Assembly (NCBI GenBank): GCA_033764315.1 | Contig: JANRJA010000056.1 | Location: forward strand, 17,515-81,514 | From: Oculatellaceae cyanobacterium bins.114 | GTDB lineage: Bacteria; Cyanobacteriota; Cyanobacteriia; Elainellales; Elainellaceae | DNA length: 64,000 nucleotides | Direction: 5' to 3' | Made by a program: the position numbers and the translations under genes | Notes under the pieces: generated by a model | What the model saw: the letters and a program-made list of their open reading frames with translations, nothing else | What the model was told of the DNA's origin: nothing | Database searches by the model: none | In this document: piece by piece, positions 30,997-40,960 of the stretch | Layout of the letters: the number at the start of each line of letters is the position of its first letter | Numbering within the stretch: position 1 is the stretch's first letter

Positions 30997-32063
30997 GTTG
31001 CTTGGGCTGCCTTGACGAAAGTTGGATCAATCAATGCCTTTAAACTATCAGCCGTTGGAGCCTCAGGAATTTGATTTTGCGCTTTTAAGAACTGACCCAA
31101 TGACTCCATGTGATCAACCAGATAGATATCACTGGTGGGGTCATCCAACATCTTAAGGTTGTCTTCTGCGCTGGTTAACCCAACCCCTGTTAACTCTTGC
31201 TCAACTTCTTCTGGTTTGAGTTGCAACATCTTACCCACGATCGCCAACGCTTCATCTTTATTTGTCTTTAAAAACTCGTGCGCTTTAAAGATACCTTTCA
31301 CAAAAGCTTCTGTTGCTTGCGGATTTTCTTGCACAAATTGAGTACTGAAAATATAAACATCCACGATCGCCGTTGGCATTTTTGAGGTGTCGTAGATAAT
31401 GCGCCCATCACTTTGAGCATTATTGGCCTGCTTTAAAAAAGGAGAATAGGTTACAGCGATATCGACATTTCCTGAGGTGTAAGCTGCCGCTGCCGCATCT
31501 GGAGTGACATTGGTAATCTCGACGTCGTCTCCGGTCAAACCTGCCTCTTGTAACACTTGGAGTAAAAAGAAATGACTCACGCTGCCAATCTCAACAGCAA
31601 CTCGCCGCCCTTTAAAGTCAGCGATATCGGCAACACTACTCCGTGCCAAAATGCCATCTCCTCCCAGTGAGGTATCTGCCACTTGCACAATCCGAAAGTC
31701 TTGCCCTTTGGCGGCAAAGGCAACGGTTTCAGAGGTAACGTTGTTAATGCTTTGAATGCGTCCTGCTGCCAATGCTGCATTCCCTTCGCCTGTAGAGCTA
31801 AACACTTTGTGCTCCAGATCCAGCCCACCTTCTTTAAAGAAGCCCTTCTCAATGGCGATATACAGTGGAGAGTAGCCAATCCAGAGCGTGCTGCCATTGG
31901 CGGCTTTAACGGGTTCGCTTGGAGATGCCTCAGCCGAAGCAGATGGAGCGGAGCCTTCAGGAGATTGCGTACAAGCATGAAGGGTTAAACCGCCTGCCAC
32001 TCCCCCCATTAAATACAGTGCACGGCGACGGGTTAACCCTGGAATAATTTGACTCATACTCAC
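30993..32063 (-). CDS. ABC transporter substrate-binding lipoprotein (NMT1/SsuA-like), Tat-type signal
   Basis: TRRRAL...LHAC signal, WIGYSPLYIAIEKGFF, DTSLGGDGI, DFKGRRVAVE. Confidence 0.88.
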   Translation of the reverse strand: MSMSQIIPGLTRRRALYLMGGVAGGLTLHACTQSPEGSAPSASAEASPSEPVKAANGSTLWIGYSPLYIAIEKGFFKEGGLDLEHKVFSSTGEGNAALAAGRIQSINNVTSETVAFAAKGQDFRIVQVADTSLGGDGILARSSVADIADFKGRRVAVEIGSVSHFFLLQVLQEAGLTGDDVEITNVTPDAAAAAYTSGNVDIAVTYSPFLKQANNAQSDGRIIYDTSKMPTAIVDVYIFSTQFVQENPQATEAFVKGIFKAHEFLKTNKDEALAIVGKMLQLKPEEVEQELTGVGLTSAEDNLKMLDDPTSDIYLVDHMESLGQFLKAQNQIPEAPTADSLKALIDPTFVKAAQAT

Positions 32064-32244
32064 CTACTCCTACCCCTCATATAGCGAAATCTTTCGTTAT
32101 CATTGATGATTCCGCTGCATGGAAATGTCAATTGAGATACATATTGTGGGTGGAGATGGCAGGAGACAAAAGGGTGTATGTGACCCGTCATCTTTGGGCA
32201 AAACGTGGCGCAGCCTCATGATTATCTTTGATGAATTCAAAGGC

Positions 32245-32442
32245 TTAAGCGATCTGATGTTCCATCCAGTCAAAGATGCGATCGAGTTGAGCTAGGGTAA
32301 TCAGCCCATATTGCCAGAGGATCATCGGTAACACATTAAAGTTGCTCTCTGGATGTCGCAGTGCCAATCGAATAGAGGCAGGGGGAAGGGCCAGTTCGTG
32401 TCGCAGGAACCGAATGAGTTGAATTAATTTGGTTGCTTCCAT
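32245..32442 (-). CDS. DUF2949 family small protein
   Basis: FLRHELAL...LPMILWQYGLITLAQLDRIFDW. Confidence 0.85.
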   Translation of the reverse strand: MEATKLIQLIRFLRHELALPPASIRLALRHPESNFNVLPMILWQYGLITLAQLDRIFDWMEHQIA

Positions 32443-32602
32443 AACCCACCCCCTCAGGAATTGCTTGAGTGATATTCAGAGTAGAGGGAAAATCTGAGGA
32501 AGCTGTGAAGTAAAACTGAGAATTCTCGAAGAAAATGATGGTTTATTCTGCTGCTTTTAGGGTGAGCCGTTTTGTGGTGTTCCCGGCAGTGAGGTTAGAG
32601 TC

Positions 32603-32697
32603 ATACCGATTTAAATTGGGTAGATCAAAGTTCAGGAGGGGGTTGGCAGTGCCGAGCCCGTGCCAGGATCTGTCGTGTTTTCAATTCAAATTGGTAT
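32603..32697. mobile_element. MITE-like element family B, degenerate copy
   Basis: ATACCGATTT...AAATTGGTAT ends; subterminal GATCTGTCG shared with 28487-28612. Confidence 0.55.
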
Positions 32698-34193
32698 CAA
32701 TATTTCGATTTTAAGGTGTTGGCACAAAGAATCCCGGATGCTGCCACGGCTGGAACACCAATCCCCGGGAGGGTGCTGTCGCCTACCCGATATAACCCTT
32801 GAATGGGGGTGTAACAACTGGGAAACATGCCTTGATCTGCGGCAATCGCTGGCCCGTAGGTGCCCTGATGTCGCCGCAGGTAGTGAGCATGGGTGAGGGG
32901 TGTGCCGATCAATTCCAGGGTAATGCGCGATCGCACATCGGGAATCACTCGCTCCAGTGCACGAAACAAGAATTGGGCGCGATCGCGTTTGCGGTGCTCA
33001 TAGGTGTCGTCTCGTTGCCACCCCTCATAGGGTTCTAGTGTGTAAGCGTGAACAACGTGATGCTCTGGAGGAGCCAAATTTGCATCCCACACTGAGGGAA
33101 TGGAAATCATGCAGGTATTTCCGGGTACGGTGATGTCTTGAGTGGCATCATGCACGACCACATGATGTCCGGTTAAGTCCTCTAAACCTTCAGCGCGAAT
33201 GCCCAAGTGGAGGTGCATAAAACTGTCGATCGCTGGAGTTTGTAAAGCAGATTGGCGATCGGCAACAGCTATATCTCTTGACTGTAGTAATTGGGTGTAG
33301 GTATCCCAAACGGTTGCATTAGAGATGACCACAGGAGCCTTTAAAATTTCACCTTGACGGAGTTGCACACCCGTTGCTTTACCCTGCTCAACCAAAATCT
33401 GATCAACATGGGCATTCAGTCGCAGTGTGCCGCCCCAGCGTTGTAAGCCCCGCACCAATGCCTGGACGATCGCCCCACTGCCACCAACCGGGTAATCAAT
33501 CGTGGAATGCGATCGCTCTCCCATCATAAATGCCACTTCAGGGGCGATCGTGCCATGTGCTTTTAATCCCGATAGCAAGAAGCACTCTAGATCAATCAAG
33601 CGTCGTACCCAGCGATCGCTTACATATTGATCAACCAGTGCCCCAACTGACGATTGAATTACGCCGAGATGGGGCAGCAACTTCAACAGTTCCAACGGAT
33701 AGCGACTGAGCAACGTGGGAATCAGCGACCAATCGGCTCGCAAGGCGATCGTGGGAATGCCCCGCAATGCCTCATACAACTGCATCAATCGCTGTTCAAA
33801 TTGGGCAAATTCCTCTGCTCCCGTGGGAGTCACCTGAGCGATCGCCTGACGATAGCGATCGGCATTGCCATACACCGCAAAGGTGCCTTCGGGGAAGTGG
33901 TAGTGTCCCAACGGATCGTACGCCACGGCTGAGAGGGATTCCCCTATCTCGTGCAACACCTGACACAGGGGATTGAGCGATCGCGGGTCACTTAACCCAC
34001 AGTAAAATGACGGCCCTGAGTCAAAGTGAAAGCCCTGCCGCACAAAGCTGTGTGCCGCACCTCCGGCGATCGCATGGCTCTCACACACAATCACTTGCCA
34101 GCCATAACGAGCTAACAGAGCAGCGGTGACTAATCCCCCAATGCCACTGCCAATCACGATCGCATCAGCATTTTGTGGCGTTTTATTTCGCAT
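32697..34193 (-). CDS. FAD-dependent oxidoreductase, phytoene desaturase/CrtH (carotenoid isomerase)-like
   Basis: IVIGSGIGG, FDSGPS, GTPLTHAHYLRR, GDSTLPGIGVPAVAASG. Confidence 0.88.
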   Translation of the reverse strand: MRNKTPQNADAIVIGSGIGGLVTAALLARYGWQVIVCESHAIAGGAAHSFVRQGFHFDSGPSFYCGLSDPRSLNPLCQVLHEIGESLSAVAYDPLGHYHFPEGTFAVYGNADRYRQAIAQVTPTGAEEFAQFEQRLMQLYEALRGIPTIALRADWSLIPTLLSRYPLELLKLLPHLGVIQSSVGALVDQYVSDRWVRRLIDLECFLLSGLKAHGTIAPEVAFMMGERSHSTIDYPVGGSGAIVQALVRGLQRWGGTLRLNAHVDQILVEQGKATGVQLRQGEILKAPVVISNATVWDTYTQLLQSRDIAVADRQSALQTPAIDSFMHLHLGIRAEGLEDLTGHHVVVHDATQDITVPGNTCMISIPSVWDANLAPPEHHVVHAYTLEPYEGWQRDDTYEHRKRDRAQFLFRALERVIPDVRSRITLELIGTPLTHAHYLRRHQGTYGPAIAADQGMFPSCYTPIQGLYRVGDSTLPGIGVPAVAASGILCANTLKSKY

Positions 34194-34255
34194 GTCTGAA
34201 TAGGTTAGTCATGGGGTTGAGCGTTAATTTTTAATTTTTAGTTTTTAATTGCTAA

Positions 34256-34375
34256 GTACAACTCGTCGTAAATAGGGGTGGGAATTTGGGGTGCAGGGGT
34301 GAAACCCCTGGCCGGGGGCGCAGCCCCCACACCCCCTTGGTTTTATGTCCGAACCCTATCTGTGAAAAGCAGTAC
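34256..34375. mobile_element. MITE-like element family C with TAA target duplication
   Basis: TAA|GTACAACTCGTCGTAAATAGGGGTGGGA ... TCCGAACCCTATCTGTGAAAAGCAGTAC|TAA; internal GC hairpins (AGGGGTGAAACCCCT, GGGGGCGCAGCCCCC). Confidence 0.65.
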
Positions 34376-34408
34376 TAAGGAATGAGAATTAAATAACATC
34401 GGCTTTGT

Positions 34409-34485
34409 GTAGGATGTGTTAGGCGTTAGCCGTAACGCATCAATCCCTCAAACCCCATGGGTTACGCTGCGCCAACCCATCCTCC
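34409..34485. repeat. GTAG-type REP pair (inverted)
   Basis: GTAGGATGTGTTAGGCGTTAGCCGTAACGCATC ... ATGGGTTACGCTGCGCCAACCCATCCTCC. Confidence 0.6.
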
Positions 34486-34646
34486 GCAAGAATTTGGAGT
34501 GATTAAATTCACGATCCTTAGTCGCTAAAGCTGATTGTAGACGAGAGTTCCAACATCCCTTAAATCCTCCTCCAAGATGAATCGGCAGAGCCGCTACCCG
34601 GCATTCCCACGCTCGTGCCCTCTGCCCTCTGCCTTTCATTCTTTCA

Positions 34647-34672
34647 GTACAGACGTGATTTATCGCGTCTCT
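34647..34672. repeat. REP-like palindrome
   Basis: GTACAGACGTGATTTATCGCGTCTCT, flanked by TGCCCTC heptamer repeats. Confidence 0.55.
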
Positions 34673-34736
34673 GGGTGCCCTCTGCCATTTAACACGGCTT
34701 CCCTCCAACCATGAAATTTAGATAAAGGTTGAGGTT

Positions 34737-34777
34737 CTTAAAGACAGCTTCATACATTCTTCATCAAAGCTTGAGTT
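34737..34777 (+). promoter_or_regulatory. Putative Pho box (SphR/PhoB site), four units with 11-bp period
   Basis: CTTAAAGA, CTTCATAC, CTTCATCA, CTTGAGTT start at 34737, 34748, 34759, 34770, upstream of the phosphatase gene. Confidence 0.6.
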
Positions 34778-34865
34778 AGCCACCGTAGATTCACTGATGG
34801 AAGTTGTTTGACCCCTGCGATCGCGTCAGAAACCAAGATCTTTATCCATCAGCATTGAGGACACT

Positions 34866-37800
34866 GTGAGCACTAATTCTATTCGTTTTGCCCAGTTCAA
34901 CGCTTCCCTAAACCGGGGTAGCGCAGGTCAACTGGTGACAGATTTATCTACTCCAAGCAACGCCCAAGCTAGAACCGTTGCTGAAATCATTCAACGCAAC
35001 AATCCTGATGTTCTGCTGATTAATGAATTTGATTATGTCGAAGCCGATCCACTGGCTCCCGTTCGCCTGTTTCAACAAAATTACTTATCGGTAAGCCAAA
35101 ACGGTGCACCAACGGTCGAATATCCTTACGTTTATATTGCTCCATCCAACACAGGCGTCCCATCTGGGTTAGATCTAGACAATAATGGTTCGGTGGGAGG
35201 CCCCAACGATGCCTTTGGATTCGGCTTCTTCCCCGGTCAGTTTGGCATGGTGCTGTTTTCTAAGTACCCAATCGACACGGCCAACGTCCGCACCTTTCAG
35301 GAATTTTTGTGGCGCGATATGCCAGGAGCACTGCTACCTGACGATCCAACCACCCCTGTTCCCCAAGATTGGTACTCGCCTACGGAACTAGAGGCGTTTC
35401 GCTTATCCTCTAAAAGCCACTGGGATGTACCGATTCAGGTCAATGGTGAAACGATTCATGCGCTGGTCAGCCACCCTACACCACCTGTGTTTGATGGTCC
35501 TGAAGATCGCAACGGCACGCGCAACCACGACGAGATTCGGTTTTGGGCAGATTATGTAACGCCAGGGCAGGGCAGTTACATTTATGACGACAACGGCAAC
35601 CAGGGTGGATTGGCAACTGGGTCGAGCTTTGTGATTATGGGCGACCAGAACGCCGATCCCTTGGATGGCGACAGCACCGCCGATGCCATTCTGCAATTGC
35701 TCGATAACCCTTACATCAACACGAGTGTCACCCCTGAAAACCAGGGTGGGCCTGAACAGGCTACGTTGGATGGCGGCAATAATCTGTTGCACGACGGCAA
35801 CCCCCGGTTTGATACGGCTGACTTTGGGGATACTGGAGCAGGCGGTCCTGGCAACCTGCGGGCAGATTATGTGTTGCCTTCTGCCAATCTAGAGATTGCC
35901 GATGCAGAAGTATTTTGGCCTCTGACCACAGACCCCCTGTTTCGCTTGGTGGGCGATCGCCAAAACCCTGCCACGACTCCTTCCTCTGACCATAGCCTGG
36001 TCTGGGTCGATGTGGTAGTGCCCACTCGGCAAACGGTGGCGGATGTGGATTTCCTGGGAGAAGTGACATTCCCCACCAGCACCACCTTTAACGGCACACA
36101 AGTGGGTGGCTTATCGGGCATCACCTACGATGCAGCGACCAATCGTTATTACAGCATTGCCGACGATCGCAGCCAGATTAACCCAGCTCGCTTTTACACC
36201 CTGTCGATTGACTTGAGCGATGGTGAGCTTGACACTGGCGACGTTGATTTTGAGACAGTGACGACCCTGCTGAATGGCAGTGGTGTTCCATTCCCGGCGT
36301 TGAGCCTTGACCCTGAAGGCATTGGTTTGAGTACTGACGGCACCCTCTACATTTCCTCTGAGGGAGATGCTAACGCGGGGGTTGCTCCCTTCGTCAATGA
36401 ATTTTCGTTGACCGGACAGCAACTCAGCACCTTACCCATTCCCAATCGCTATCTGCCCACTGCCACCAACGGTATCCGCAATAACCTGGCGTTTGAGAGC
36501 CTGACGATTTCCCCGGATGGTCGCTATCTCTACACCGCTACGGAAAATGCGCTGAAACAGGATGGCCCCGCTGCCGGATTAGACCAGGAGAGCCTGTCTC
36601 GGATTTTGAAGTATGACCTGACCACGGGGGCGTTGGTGCAGGAATATGTTTACGTCACTGAACCCGTCGCCGATCAGCCTGTTCCGGCGGGGAGTTTTAG
36701 CACCAACGGGTTGGTAGACCTGCTGGCGATCGACACCAGCGGCACGTTATTGGCACTGGAGCGATCGTTCTCCAATGGCGTCGGCAACACGGTCAAGTTA
36801 TTTGAGATCCGCACCCAGGGTGCGCTGGATGTCAGCAGCCTAGACGACCTGTTTTTTGAAGAGGGTGGAATTCCCTTTGAGATTGACCCAGCGGTCAGCA
36901 AGCGCGAATTGTTGGACTTTGCCGATCTTGGTTTGACTCCCGACAACTTGGAAGGGATTACCTTTGGGCCTCGCTTAGCGGATGGGCGACAGTCTTTAAT
37001 TGTGGTCAGTGATAATAACTTTGCGAGCACGCAGACCACCCAATTCATTGCTCTCGCACTCGATTTGGATAGCACCCCGGTTGTGTTACCAGAGGTGGAA
37101 ACAGCCCCCATTTTAGATACCGATGAAGCTATCCCTCCTGGGGCGATCGCTGGTGATGGAGATGATCCGGCTATTTGGGTACATCCCACTGACCCCAGCA
37201 AAAGTTTGGTGATCACTGCCCTCAAAGATGGCGGTTTAGCTGTGTTTGATCTGGATGGAGACCTGATCCAATCCATTCTGCCTGCGGATTATGGCGATAT
37301 TCGCTATAACAACGTGGATTTGACCTACGGCTTCCGAGTCGGCAGCCAATCGGTGGATCTGGCGATCGCCTCTGACCGTGAAAACGACACTCTAGCGATT
37401 TATCAGATTGACTCCACGACTCGCCAACTTAGCGACATCACCTCTAGCAGCATTCCTGCCTCGATTTTTGGGCTTGATGATGGCGAGCAAACCGCTTATG
37501 GTCTGGCAACTTACACCAGTCCAGTGACGGGCAAATCCTATGTCTTTGTCACCCAACGCGAGGGCGATCGCATTGCTCAATTAGAACTGACCGATGACGG
37601 CACAGGCAAAGTCAGTGCTACTGTAGTGCGCACCTTAACCGTTCCGATTCCCAGCGGTGGTGAATTGGAAGATGCTCAAACCGAGGGCATGGTGGTCGAT
37701 CGGGAACTGGGCTTCCTGTATGTCGCTCAAGAAAATGTAGGCATCTGGAAGTTCTCGGCTGAACCCACCGCCAGCACTCGGGGTCGGTTGATCGATCGCG

Positions 37801-40466
37801 TTAGACCTGATGGCGATCGCCTCGAAGCCGATGCCGAAGGACTCACCATTTACTACGGAGCTAACGGCACGGGCTATTTGTTGGCATCCAGCCAGGGAGA
37901 TAGCCGCTTTGCAGCCTATACCCGTGAAGGCAACAACGACTACATTGGTGATTTTGCGGTTGGGGCTAGCAATGGCATTGACAGTGTCGAAGAGTCTGAC
38001 GGAGCCGATGTGATCAACGTGCCATTGGGTCCCAACTATCCCTTTGGTTTGTTAGTGGTTCACGATGGAGCCAACGATCCACAAGTCGTTGCTGCCGATG
38101 ACGAAGAACTCGAAAACATCAGCACCAACTTTAAGTTTGTGCCCTGGCAGAATGTCGCAACCGCTTTCCCAGAAGCTCTCGATATCGACCCCATCAGCTA
38201 CAATCCGCGCAATCCCGTTCCCAGCACCTTGCCCAACGGCGTTGCCAGCGGCGACACGACCCAGACTTCGACCGTATTGTGGACTCGCAGCACCGTTCTC
38301 GGCAGAGTTACGTTTGAATATTCCACCGACCCCAACTTTAGACGCATCGCAGGCAGACGGACGGCAACTGTAACCGATCCACTGAACCCGGTGAAAGTAA
38401 CCTTGCAAGGGCTAACTCCGGGCACTGATTACTACTACCGTGTCACCGATGCCGCTGGTGTGAGCTTTAGTGGCGACTTTACCACCTCGGCTCGATTGGG
38501 CACTCAAACCGGTTTCCGCTTTGGGGTGTCGGGCGACTGGCGTGGTGAACTGGCTCCCTATCCTGCCATCTCTAACGCTGACGATCGCGACTTAGAGTTG
38601 TTTGTGATGCATGGTGACACCATCTACTCAGATTACGAATCACCTGTATTGCCTGGGGTAGACCAAGCCAGAACGTTAGAGGAATACCGCCTCAAACACA
38701 GTGAAGTCTACGGCAATCGGTTGGGTGAAAATACCTTTGCCGAGTTGCGGCGCACCACCTCCATTTTGGCAACGATTGATGACCACGAAGTGATCAACGA
38801 CTTTGCCGGAGGTGCACCCGCTGCCTCTGATCCGCGCTTTGGCGAAACCAGCGGTCTGGTCAACGACACCCAGTTGTATGAAAACGGGCTGCAAGCCTTC
38901 CAGGACTACAACCCCGTGCGAAACGAGTTTTATGGCGCAACCGGAGATGCTCGTACATCTGGAGAACGCCGATTATATCGTTACAACACATACGGCAGTG
39001 ATGCGGCAACCTTCATTCTAGATGCTCGTTCCTTTAGAGATGCAGAATTGCCTGGTGTCGCAAATCCGACGGATCCGGCTCAAGTGGGGGCATTTTTGGC
39101 GGGTTCCTATAACCCCAGTCGCACGATGTTAGGGCGGCAACAAGTGGCTGACCTCAAGCGCGATCTGCTGGATGCAGAGGCAGATGGTGTCACCTGGAAA
39201 TTCATCATGGTGCCAGAACCCATTCAAAACCTGGGCATTGTAGGAGCGGGCGATCGCTTTGAGGGCTACGCGGCTGAGCGTACCGAAATTTTGCGGTTTA
39301 TCAATGAAAACAACATCAGCAACGTGGTGTTTGTTGCCGCCGATATTCACGGCACGTTGGTCAACAATCTGACCTATCAAGAGTCACCCCTGGGGTCTCA
39401 AATTGCCACCAATGCCTTTGAGATTTCAACAGGTTCCGTCGCCTTTGATGCTCCCTTTGGACAAACGGTGAGTCAACTGGCTGCCGATTTGGGCTTACTC
39501 AGTCCAGCGCAAAAGGCGTTCTACGACAGCCTCCCGATCGCCCCTGATGCCGATGCACTGCCCAACGATCGCGATGACTTTGTGCAGCAGTTGGTCAATC
39601 AACAACTATCCGCCTTTGGGTACGATCCTCTGGGTTTAAACAACAACCTGGCGATCGCCAATGGTCGAATTGACGCCACCTTGTTGCAAGGAGATTACGT
39701 CGCCTCTCACACCTACGGGTGGACAGAGTTTGACATTAACCCCACCACGCAAAAGCTCATCGTCACAACCTACGGCATTCCTGCTTACAGTGCCGCTGAT
39801 TTAGCGGCTGATCCGGGTGCTGTGCTGAGCCGAGTGCCCACGATCGTCAGTCAGTTTGAGGTCGATCCGGCTGAGGCTGCCAATACGATCACAGGCACCA
39901 ATGCTGGAGAAACCTTGAGAGGAACCGCAGGCAGCGATCGCATCTATGCTTTAGGTGGGTTCGACACGGTTGTCGGCGGCTTAGGCAACGACCTGATCTT
40001 TGGGGGCAAGGGCAAGGACGAGATTCAGGGCGATCGCAACAGCACCGCAGGTGGAGATGACATTATCTATGGTGGCTCTAATGTCGATCGTATCAGCGGT
40101 GGTGGCGGCAACGACCGTCTGTTTGGTGAAGGCAGCAACGACATCTTGTGGGGTGAAGTGGGAGACGATCTGCTGCGAGGTGGGGCAGGCAACGACACCC
40201 TGACAGGAGACACCTCCGCCAGCGTCAACGGCATCGACACTTTTGTCCTGGCACCCGGAGAAGGCACCGACACGATTCGCGATTTCCAAATTGGCGAAGA
40301 CCGAATTGGGTTAGCGGGGGGCTTAACGTTTGCTCAATTGGCGATCGCCCAACAAGGCAGTCGCACCGTCATTCGAGCTAACGATCAATCTCTAGCCGTG
40401 CTTTTAGGAGTCAATGCGGCTGACTTAATCGCCAGTGCAGCGACTTCCTTTACAGCGATCGGATAA
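34866..40466 (+). CDS. Giant multidomain phosphatase: EEP + phytase-like esterase + beta-propeller phytase + PhoD + RTX/Ca-binding tail
   Basis: EEP (INEFDY, HPTPP, RNHDE, GDQN, SDH); GGLSG..DDRS, DPEGI, NLEGI, VSDNNF; DDPAIW, YNNVD, EGMVVD, SSQG; GDTIYSD, DDHEVIND, AADIH; GGxGxD repeats. Confidence 0.92.
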   Translation: MSTNSIRFAQFNASLNRGSAGQLVTDLSTPSNAQARTVAEIIQRNNPDVLLINEFDYVEADPLAPVRLFQQNYLSVSQNGAPTVEYPYVYIAPSNTGVPSGLDLDNNGSVGGPNDAFGFGFFPGQFGMVLFSKYPIDTANVRTFQEFLWRDMPGALLPDDPTTPVPQDWYSPTELEAFRLSSKSHWDVPIQVNGETIHALVSHPTPPVFDGPEDRNGTRNHDEIRFWADYVTPGQGSYIYDDNGNQGGLATGSSFVIMGDQNADPLDGDSTADAILQLLDNPYINTSVTPENQGGPEQATLDGGNNLLHDGNPRFDTADFGDTGAGGPGNLRADYVLPSANLEIADAEVFWPLTTDPLFRLVGDRQNPATTPSSDHSLVWVDVVVPTRQTVADVDFLGEVTFPTSTTFNGTQVGGLSGITYDAATNRYYSIADDRSQINPARFYTLSIDLSDGELDTGDVDFETVTTLLNGSGVPFPALSLDPEGIGLSTDGTLYISSEGDANAGVAPFVNEFSLTGQQLSTLPIPNRYLPTATNGIRNNLAFESLTISPDGRYLYTATENALKQDGPAAGLDQESLSRILKYDLTTGALVQEYVYVTEPVADQPVPAGSFSTNGLVDLLAIDTSGTLLALERSFSNGVGNTVKLFEIRTQGALDVSSLDDLFFEEGGIPFEIDPAVSKRELLDFADLGLTPDNLEGITFGPRLADGRQSLIVVSDNNFASTQTTQFIALALDLDSTPVVLPEVETAPILDTDEAIPPGAIAGDGDDPAIWVHPTDPSKSLVITALKDGGLAVFDLDGDLIQSILPADYGDIRYNNVDLTYGFRVGSQSVDLAIASDRENDTLAIYQIDSTTRQLSDITSSSIPASIFGLDDGEQTAYGLATYTSPVTGKSYVFVTQREGDRIAQLELTDDGTGKVSATVVRTLTVPIPSGGELEDAQTEGMVVDRELGFLYVAQENVGIWKFSAEPTASTRGRLIDRVRPDGDRLEADAEGLTIYYGANGTGYLLASSQGDSRFAAYTREGNNDYIGDFAVGASNGIDSVEESDGADVINVPLGPNYPFGLLVVHDGANDPQVVAADDEELENISTNFKFVPWQNVATAFPEALDIDPISYNPRNPVPSTLPNGVASGDTTQTSTVLWTRSTVLGRVTFEYSTDPNFRRIAGRRTATVTDPLNPVKVTLQGLTPGTDYYYRVTDAAGVSFSGDFTTSARLGTQTGFRFGVSGDWRGELAPYPAISNADDRDLELFVMHGDTIYSDYESPVLPGVDQARTLEEYRLKHSEVYGNRLGENTFAELRRTTSILATIDDHEVINDFAGGAPAASDPRFGETSGLVNDTQLYENGLQAFQDYNPVRNEFYGATGDARTSGERRLYRYNTYGSDAATFILDARSFRDAELPGVANPTDPAQVGAFLAGSYNPSRTMLGRQQVADLKRDLLDAEADGVTWKFIMVPEPIQNLGIVGAGDRFEGYAAERTEILRFINENNISNVVFVAADIHGTLVNNLTYQESPLGSQIATNAFEISTGSVAFDAPFGQTVSQLAADLGLLSPAQKAFYDSLPIAPDADALPNDRDDFVQQLVNQQLSAFGYDPLGLNNNLAIANGRIDATLLQGDYVASHTYGWTEFDINPTTQKLIVTTYGIPAYSAADLAADPGAVLSRVPTIVSQFEVDPAEAANTITGTNAGETLRGTAGSDRIYALGGFDTVVGGLGNDLIFGGKGKDEIQGDRNSTAGGDDIIYGGSNVDRISGGGGNDRLFGEGSNDILWGEVGDDLLRGGAGNDTLTGDTSASVNGIDTFVLAPGEGTDTIRDFQIGEDRIGLAGGLTFAQLAIAQQGSRTVIRANDQSLAVLLGVNAADLIASAATSFTAIG

Positions 40467-40570
40467 AGCATGAACGTGCAAGGCCAATCCCAATTCAACC
40501 GATAACGATCACAGATCATTGGCCGATCTTCCGAACTGGGTAGAATTTCCAGGACTCTTACAAAATCATC

Positions 40571-40617
40571 AATGGGCTACAAAATTGGGGTGACTCCCAG
40601 TTGTAGCCCATTTTTTT
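40571..40617 (+). terminator. Rho-independent terminator
   Basis: AATGGGCTACAA...TTGTAGCCCATT followed by a T run. Confidence 0.8.
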
Positions 40618-40960
40618 AAAGCCGTATAAGTAACATCGCTGAACAGAGCGATCGTCTCAAATTGCGGTCTATAAATCAGTTAAAACCACTCGCAACTTTG
40701 GCTCACACCGCCAGAACTCACTATTTACAAGGGTTAGCGGATAGCAGTGGCACTGCTTATATCAGGGATACAGACTCTTTTTATGGGTAAAAAGATGCCT
40801 CGTACATTAGAACTTTATAAAACCCTCATTTAATTAAAAGATTGGACAAACATAGGCAATTACACTACCCGTATTCCTATTGAGGCTTCTATATTGGCTG
40901 AAGAAAGGTCACTCGACCTCAACTAACCTCAGGCTAAACACTCTAAAGGAGTCAAGGACC

